Below, in pieces: positions 59,801 to 64,000 of a stretch of 64,000 nucleotides of DNA. Where the stretch lies: positions 2,432,001 to 2,496,000 of the forward strand of contig OY762964.1 of NCBI GenBank assembly GCA_963667035.1, read 5' to 3'. The position numbers were made by a program, and so were the translations under genes. Source of the stretch: Candidatus Cloacimonadales bacterium. GTDB lineage: Bacteria; Cloacimonadota; Cloacimonadia; Cloacimonadales; JAFGVF01. The notes below the pieces were generated by a model. It was given only the letters and a program-made list of their open reading frames with translations, had not been told where the DNA came from and searched no databases. Numbering within the stretch: the stretch's first letter is position 1; every line of letters begins with the position of its first letter.

Positions 59801-62336
59801 TATCTGTTCCAAGACTTACATAATAACCATTAACTCCTATAGCTGCATTCCAGAGAAGAGAGTCCGTCAAAGCGACTCCAGTTTCTCCATCGGTAGGAGA
59901 TACTAAGGTGGTAGCATTAGGTACTACGCTATTATCCCAGAAAGTGATGTCATCAATACAGATATCACTATAATAGTCTTCTCCGGTTAAACCTCTAAAC
60001 CTGATCTGAACTACGTCTGTATAATCTGATAATGGAACATCCATAGAGTGCCAATCTTGTCCCTGATCTCCAGACACTTCAGTAACTACATCTTCATTCC
60101 ACTGAGTACCATCCCAAATATCAATATGCAGGGAACCCATTGTTGAGCCATACATATTATACCAGAAAGAGCAAAATGGCTCAGATAGGGATGTAACATC
60201 TACAGGAGGAGATAGCAAATCAAAGCGTTGGTTTGTGTTAAGTGAAGCTTCGGTAAAGATAAAGTTACCAGTTCCCGATGTATGATCACCACTCTGAGCA
60301 CCTGTATCGCTTGAAGGAGTAGATGTTCCGATAGTCCAATCAGAATCATCTTCTGTTCCTTGTTCCCAACCAATAGGTAAAGTTGATTCAGCATCAAAAT
60401 CCATTATGTAAGGAAAGGAGCTAACTGTTGCATTGAAGCCTTGCCCTGTAAGATTGATAACATAAGCTTGTCTTGCAATATCATCTGTAATAGTTACAGT
60501 TGCAGGTAGCGCACCTTCGTTAATGGGATTAAAAGCAACAGAGAAATTAGCACTTTCTGCTGTGTTAAGAGTTAATGGATAGTTATTATTATCTGTAAGA
60601 GTATAGTTTACTTGATCATCAAGAACTACAGATTGAATGTTTAAAACTCCACTTCCAGTATTTTGCATTGTAAATGAGAATGGTTCTGAAGCGGTATTCG
60701 TGTATAATATTCCATAATCGTAAGATTCGGGATTATACATCAATTGAGTTGCAGGAATGTCACCAAATTCTAGACGTGTATTTGGTATATTAGCTATAAT
60801 ACCGCTGGCAGTAAGTGGAGCATTAGGATCCGGATTAGTTGAATCGTTGTGATAATAAATACTTCTTGTATCTGCTACTGTTGAACAGAAAAACTCATCA
60901 TTAGTATCACCATATTGTGGTTCATTCTCTTCCACGGCTATAACAAGATTATCTGTATTATTGTATATAAATGGAGTAGTTAAAACAAACTCTATCCAAC
61001 CATCTGCTTGTATAGTTGGCAAAGAACCATTATAAACTTCAACTAACTGATCAATAGGAATCCACGAATCCGTATCAGCAAAACTTGTATTGACAGTATG
61101 CCCCATATAAATAACCCATTCATTACAATTAGCTAAAGTTGCATTCTGATTATAATGATAGGAAATTCTTTCTATTCTTCTACCTTCAACATTAACCTCA
61201 TTTTGCTGATAAATAGTTTGTGTATAAGAATATCCATAGTAAGGTTCTATAGGAAGATGCATATTTATCAATTCTTCATTACCAATTACAATAGTATCTT
61301 CACCTAAAGTTGTTTGGAAAGTGAATGAATCTTCAGTATCTCTAATTGAGAAAGAATTCTTAGAAACAACCTTCCAGAAATAGGTAGTACCTAAATCTAA
61401 AGTTGGTGGTTCATATGTTCCTTGACCAGTAACAGTACCATCTGTAACTACCTGATTTACCGGAGGGTTTACCGTATCAAAGAACAAGTCATATGTTTCA
61501 GTATTAGATGCAAATTCCCAAGTAATTACTTGATTAAGTGGAATATTTAAAGATCCATTTGTTGGATCTGCATTCTCAATATGTCCGGATGACATATCAA
61601 CAGTTGTAAAGTTCATATTACTAGCTATTGCAACAGTAGTAGCAGAATTGTGGCTTACAACTTGCCAATAATAAGTTGTGAGTTCTGTTAGTTCGTCTTG
61701 AAGAGTATAACTTCCGGATGTACCTGCTACGGAACCTGTTACAACCTGATTTACAGGGGGATTTATTGTGTCAATCAGCAAATCATAAGTCTCAGTATTC
61801 GCTCCAAAATCCCATGTTAATGTAGGCATTAAAGCTACTTCAACAGCTCCAATAGTAGGAATAGCATTAGAGATAGTTTCAGGAGCATTCTCATCAAAAA
61901 TAGTTCCTGTCTGATCTGCAGAGATATTTAACGTGAATGTCCTAGCATCTGTACTTGCAGTATATTCATCAATGCAAATGTATATTGTTTGACCTGCACT
62001 TACGTCCATAACAACTTGTGAATCACTAGTTCCAGCCGGACCGTCATCATTATGTGTAATCTCAGTTAAAGCTGAATCATAAATGTAAAGATAACCGTCC
62101 CAGCCATCATACACAGGATGAATATCCAAGTTTGTTAAGTTAATAGTTGGAGTGAGCCTCCACCATTCATCTCTACCTCTTAATGAATTGTCGTTGGTAT
62201 TATCACTTAAATCTCCGGTATCACTATATGGTAATTGGATAACCGAAGGTGCATTGGCACTAGTATCAGTACCATCTGCGAATAAGCAAAAAACCATAAT
62301 AGTTGCAATAAGAACTAATAGTAATTTTTTACTCAC
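56871..62336 (-). CDS. Large secreted multidomain protein (PPC-like, FN3-like, ASH/Ig-like, MAM-like and cleaved-adhesin modules) with FlgD-Ig/T9SS-like CTD
   Basis: GTG at 62336 follows AAGGAGG and precedes a signal peptide; MAM-like GDHTSGTGNFIFTEAS...FWYNMYG; DDWMITP; C-terminal NYPNPFNPETTISF...IYNIKGQRV...VSSGVYFY...KKMILMK. Confidence 0.8.
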   Translation of the reverse strand: MSKKLLLVLIATIMVFCLFADGTDTSANAPSVIQLPYSDTGDLSDNTNDNSLRGRDEWWRLTPTINLTNLDIHPVYDGWDGYLYIYDSALTEITHNDDGPAGTSDSQVVMDVSAGQTIYICIDEYTASTDARTFTLNISADQTGTIFDENAPETISNAIPTIGAVEVALMPTLTWDFGANTETYDLLIDTINPPVNQVVTGSVAGTSGSYTLQDELTELTTYYWQVVSHNSATTVAIASNMNFTTVDMSSGHIENADPTNGSLNIPLNQVITWEFASNTETYDLFFDTVNPPVNQVVTDGTVTGQGTYEPPTLDLGTTYFWKVVSKNSFSIRDTEDSFTFQTTLGEDTIVIGNEELINMHLPIEPYYGYSYTQTIYQQNEVNVEGRRIERISYHYNQNATLANCNEWVIYMGHTVNTSFADTDSWIPIDQLVEVYNGSLPTIQADGWIEFVLTTPFIYNNTDNLVIAVEENEPQYGDTNDEFFCSTVADTRSIYYHNDSTNPDPNAPLTASGIIANIPNTRLEFGDIPATQLMYNPESYDYGILYTNTASEPFSFTMQNTGSGVLNIQSVVLDDQVNYTLTDNNNYPLTLNTAESANFSVAFNPINEGALPATVTITDDIARQAYVINLTGQGFNATVSSFPYIMDFDAESTLPIGWEQGTEDDSDWTIGTSTPSSDTGAQSGDHTSGTGNFIFTEASLNTNQRFDLLSPPVDVTSLSEPFCSFWYNMYGSTMGSLHIDIWDGTQWNEDVVTEVSGDQGQDWHSMDVPLSDYTDVVQIRFRGLTGEDYYSDICIDDITFWDNSVVPNATTLVSPTDGETGVALTDSLLWNAAIGVNGYYVSLGTDNPPTDIFNMQDVGSLTVIDYPALSAGVQYYWQVIPYNAIGNAVNCPVWSFTTFNDVPLATTLVAPLDASEFLSITPHFEWDPATNYPDGYKISLGTDNPPTDVLDNVDVGLATSYDVATTLEYETTYYWQITPYNFVGDAVNCPVWSLITRPEGMVIVGDGTEINQHLPIEPFYGYTYSQSIYTAEEMESAGFINSISYNYNGTGVLEESVDWVIYMGTTTNDSYVDGDSWIPIEDLTMVYNATITPPDGAGWIDFPLDNMFFYDGMSNLVIAVEENMSGYGDSDEEFYCTTVTDTKSILYYSDTTNPDPNAPPTGTVSSVIPNTRFFMIPPSDGPYVIISALNVDFGVENVGSTSVAYNIRIANFGNQDAVIDPAIVLGGDNADQFSLSDDNTYPINIPQFGEVDFDIYFAPTSEGHKQAMLTIVDNVTEDREIHEIPLHGYAYTADNNESSDDAIEIALDCVDYVAVIEPEADVDWYVFWQAAPANLEIHTENIEGSTIDLTAFLYGPYNDLGANVDEFTSFAFDDDSWSDSMNPYIDADITESGFYYLRISRFDNVPVSERAVKKNGRTSRWATGDYALFVTTDNHEPPVGFDPPTSLDYNITYQGVELSWTGPSIATRDLVGYNVYRDDVVINSETVPTYFYLDQDVVLNQTYEYKVTALYSGPTGESPACDSIMVTFIGVDPPVIAEDFEGYEDFATEMQYWTLLDVDGEDTFGFTNGINFPGETDPMSFIVFNPSGTVPPLQFADAYSGDRYGACFSADSGSNDDWMITPKIQMSNEVATLSFKARSYTTQFGPEQLKVLVSSGSTNPSDFTVISGDNPLDLPLEWTNFEIDLSDYQEELIRVAFNCVSEQTFFMMIDDIQIMNDGAVLGGENPVVMPDRTSLCGNYPNPFNPETTISFDLKDNALVTIDIYNIKGQRVARVTDGDYNAGRHSIVWDGKDSNGTQVSSGVYFYKMNSGSYTRSKKMILMK

Positions 62337-62504
62337 TAGATCCTCCTTGTTTGTTTTGAGTATATTATATAATACACAATATTCAATTATTTGAATCTCC
62401 TTATGCATTTCAATTAACTACCAAAATTTCCTTACCTCGACATGAATTTCTGAACTGCTTGAATAATGTCAAATGCTTTTTATTTCATCTTGGAATAATT
62501 AATA

Positions 62505-62527
62505 AAGCCCTGATTTTATCAGGGCTT
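62505..62527 (-). terminator. Intrinsic terminator
   Basis: AAGCCCTGAT-N3-ATCAGGGCTT. Confidence 0.7.
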
Positions 62528-62550
62528 ATATAGTTTTGATAATTAATTAT

Positions 62551-63872
62551 TTATTTTATTATAACTATTTTTCTTGTTTCGGAAATTCCACTAGTACTTA
62601 ACTTGGAAAAATACAATCCACACGAAACTGTCCTCCCGAAATCATCTTTACCATCCCACATTATCTGATGAGTTGAAGCTGTCTGATAATCATCAACTAA
62701 GGTCTTAACTAACTGACCTTTGACATTATACATCTTTAGGCTTACATCTCCAGATTTCTTTAGATCACACTCAAAGGTAGAGTTGGAACTAAATGGATTT
62801 GGATAACTTTGTTTTAGCATACTGCTCACAGCTGGTTGTGCATTTGTTTCATTTGCTTCTGGAGTCGGGATATGAAAATCGATTGCATTCATAAGCACCT
62901 GTCCCTGGGATTCTTGCCCTTCTCCAATTATTGCAGATGCCCAATCACTATCATCATAGAACATTATAAACAATCTATAAATGTCATTACCCTCATTATC
63001 CGTTCCTACATTTATCATCTTATCAGATGGGTAAGCAAACATTGTTGTCATACCATCCCAAGATAGTTGGAATACTTGTGTAACTCCATGTAAGCTCTAA
63101 ACCAAAATCGATATCATCACTTGTATAGTCTGCAAAAGCTATATATACATTTTCTACGGCCTTAGGGTCACCTGTATCTTCGCTAATAGCAGAATGTGAA
63201 ACCATATTCTTTGCCATAATATAAGCACGATTATATCCCTCGCCTAATGGAGATGCTCCAATCTGAACGCTTGGCCAAATAAACTCATTGTCATCATAAC
63301 CATTTGTTGTTGTTGGGTTATCCATAACCATAAATGCATCACTGGGAATTCCGGGTATACCTGCAAAGAAGGGATCATATCAACACTTAACGTCAGATTT
63401 ATCATCTGCTCCAGTTGAATGCCAACTCATGATGAAATGACCTCGTTCATCTAGATCCATAGAAGGATAACCTTCCCATTGATCAACACCCGTGAATAAG
63501 ATTGGATCACTTGTAGGACCATCATCACTCATCCAACCGTAATATACACGTCTGTTACCAGTTGCCGAAGGTTTGTCCATAAAATTATAGAACCATCCAC
63601 CACCTGCTACGTTATCATTTTGCCTTCGAATCTGAATATTGCTGTATCCAGCAATCATAATAGTCATAATAATTACTATTATGAATAACAACTGAATCAA
63701 ATGGCATTTCCCATCTAATTCCGCTTCCATTATCTCTTGAAGCAGAATGAGTTGCTTGGAACATAGGTTTACCGTTTGGTAACGGTTGCATGTTGCTAAC
63801 AGAACTCATTTTATCCGCAATAAGAGTTAGCATGAGAGTAAGTAATAAAACAGTAATCAATATTTTCTTCAT
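62551..63872 (-). pseudogene. Disrupted secreted CTD-bearing protein split over four ORFs
   Basis: SD plus signal peptide at 63872; frameshift near 63659; in-frame TGA at 63380-63382; second frame break near 63055; intact CTD SYPNPF...MYNVKGQLV...WDGKD...TRKIVIIK. Confidence 0.75.
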
Positions 63873-64000
63873 TTCTCCTCCTGAGCATAGGATTTCTTTT
63901 AGGAATTAAAATAATGATGTGTATTGTTAATTCATGTCAAGCATTAAGTAATATACTGGCATCCCCCCGTTTTTTATCATAAGCATGTCATCTGCTCCCA

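Noticed and set aside
58830..61300. Diversity-generating retroelement TR/VR pair among the repeated segments
   Set aside because: Differences are not adenine-specific, both copies are in-frame domains, and no reverse transcriptase is present.
63340..63385. Cys-TGA as possible selenocysteine; UUGCAGGU follows at a spacing reminiscent of the E. coli fdhF SECIS
   Set aside because: The following bases (AUACCC) cannot close the apical stem, and the gene has two other frame breaks; a nonsense mutation is simpler.

Overview
AT-rich bacterial chromosomal window. Gene content and order (rplM-rpsI-rpsB-tsf-pyrH-frr, bat operon, SprA-like barrel, several huge secreted proteins with an FlgD-Ig/T9SS-like C-terminal sorting domain), together with canonical GGAG Shine-Dalgarno and TTGACA promoters, suggest a non-Bacteroidota FCB-group organism, most likely Cloacimonadota (inference). 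Most genes are housekeeping. Highlights: (1) a T9SS-like SprA translocon with a SHOCT-like insert, plus five CTD-bearing cargo genes, one a multi-lesion pseudogene; (2) a radical SAM enzyme fused to a complete FNR-type reductase; (3) an apparently complete sigma-54 promoter (palindrome, IHF site, -24/-12) in front of a coiled-coil/PDZ/beta-barrel gene next to a GAFTGA-type two-component system; (4) three intergenic arrays of short motifs spaced exactly 11 bp apart, one of them inverted about a central hairpin; (5) a REP/REPIN-like repeat cluster with an IS481-like remnant; (6) an ArgRS with a non-canonical HIGH motif and a basic tail. All calls come from reading motifs by eye; no database searches were run.
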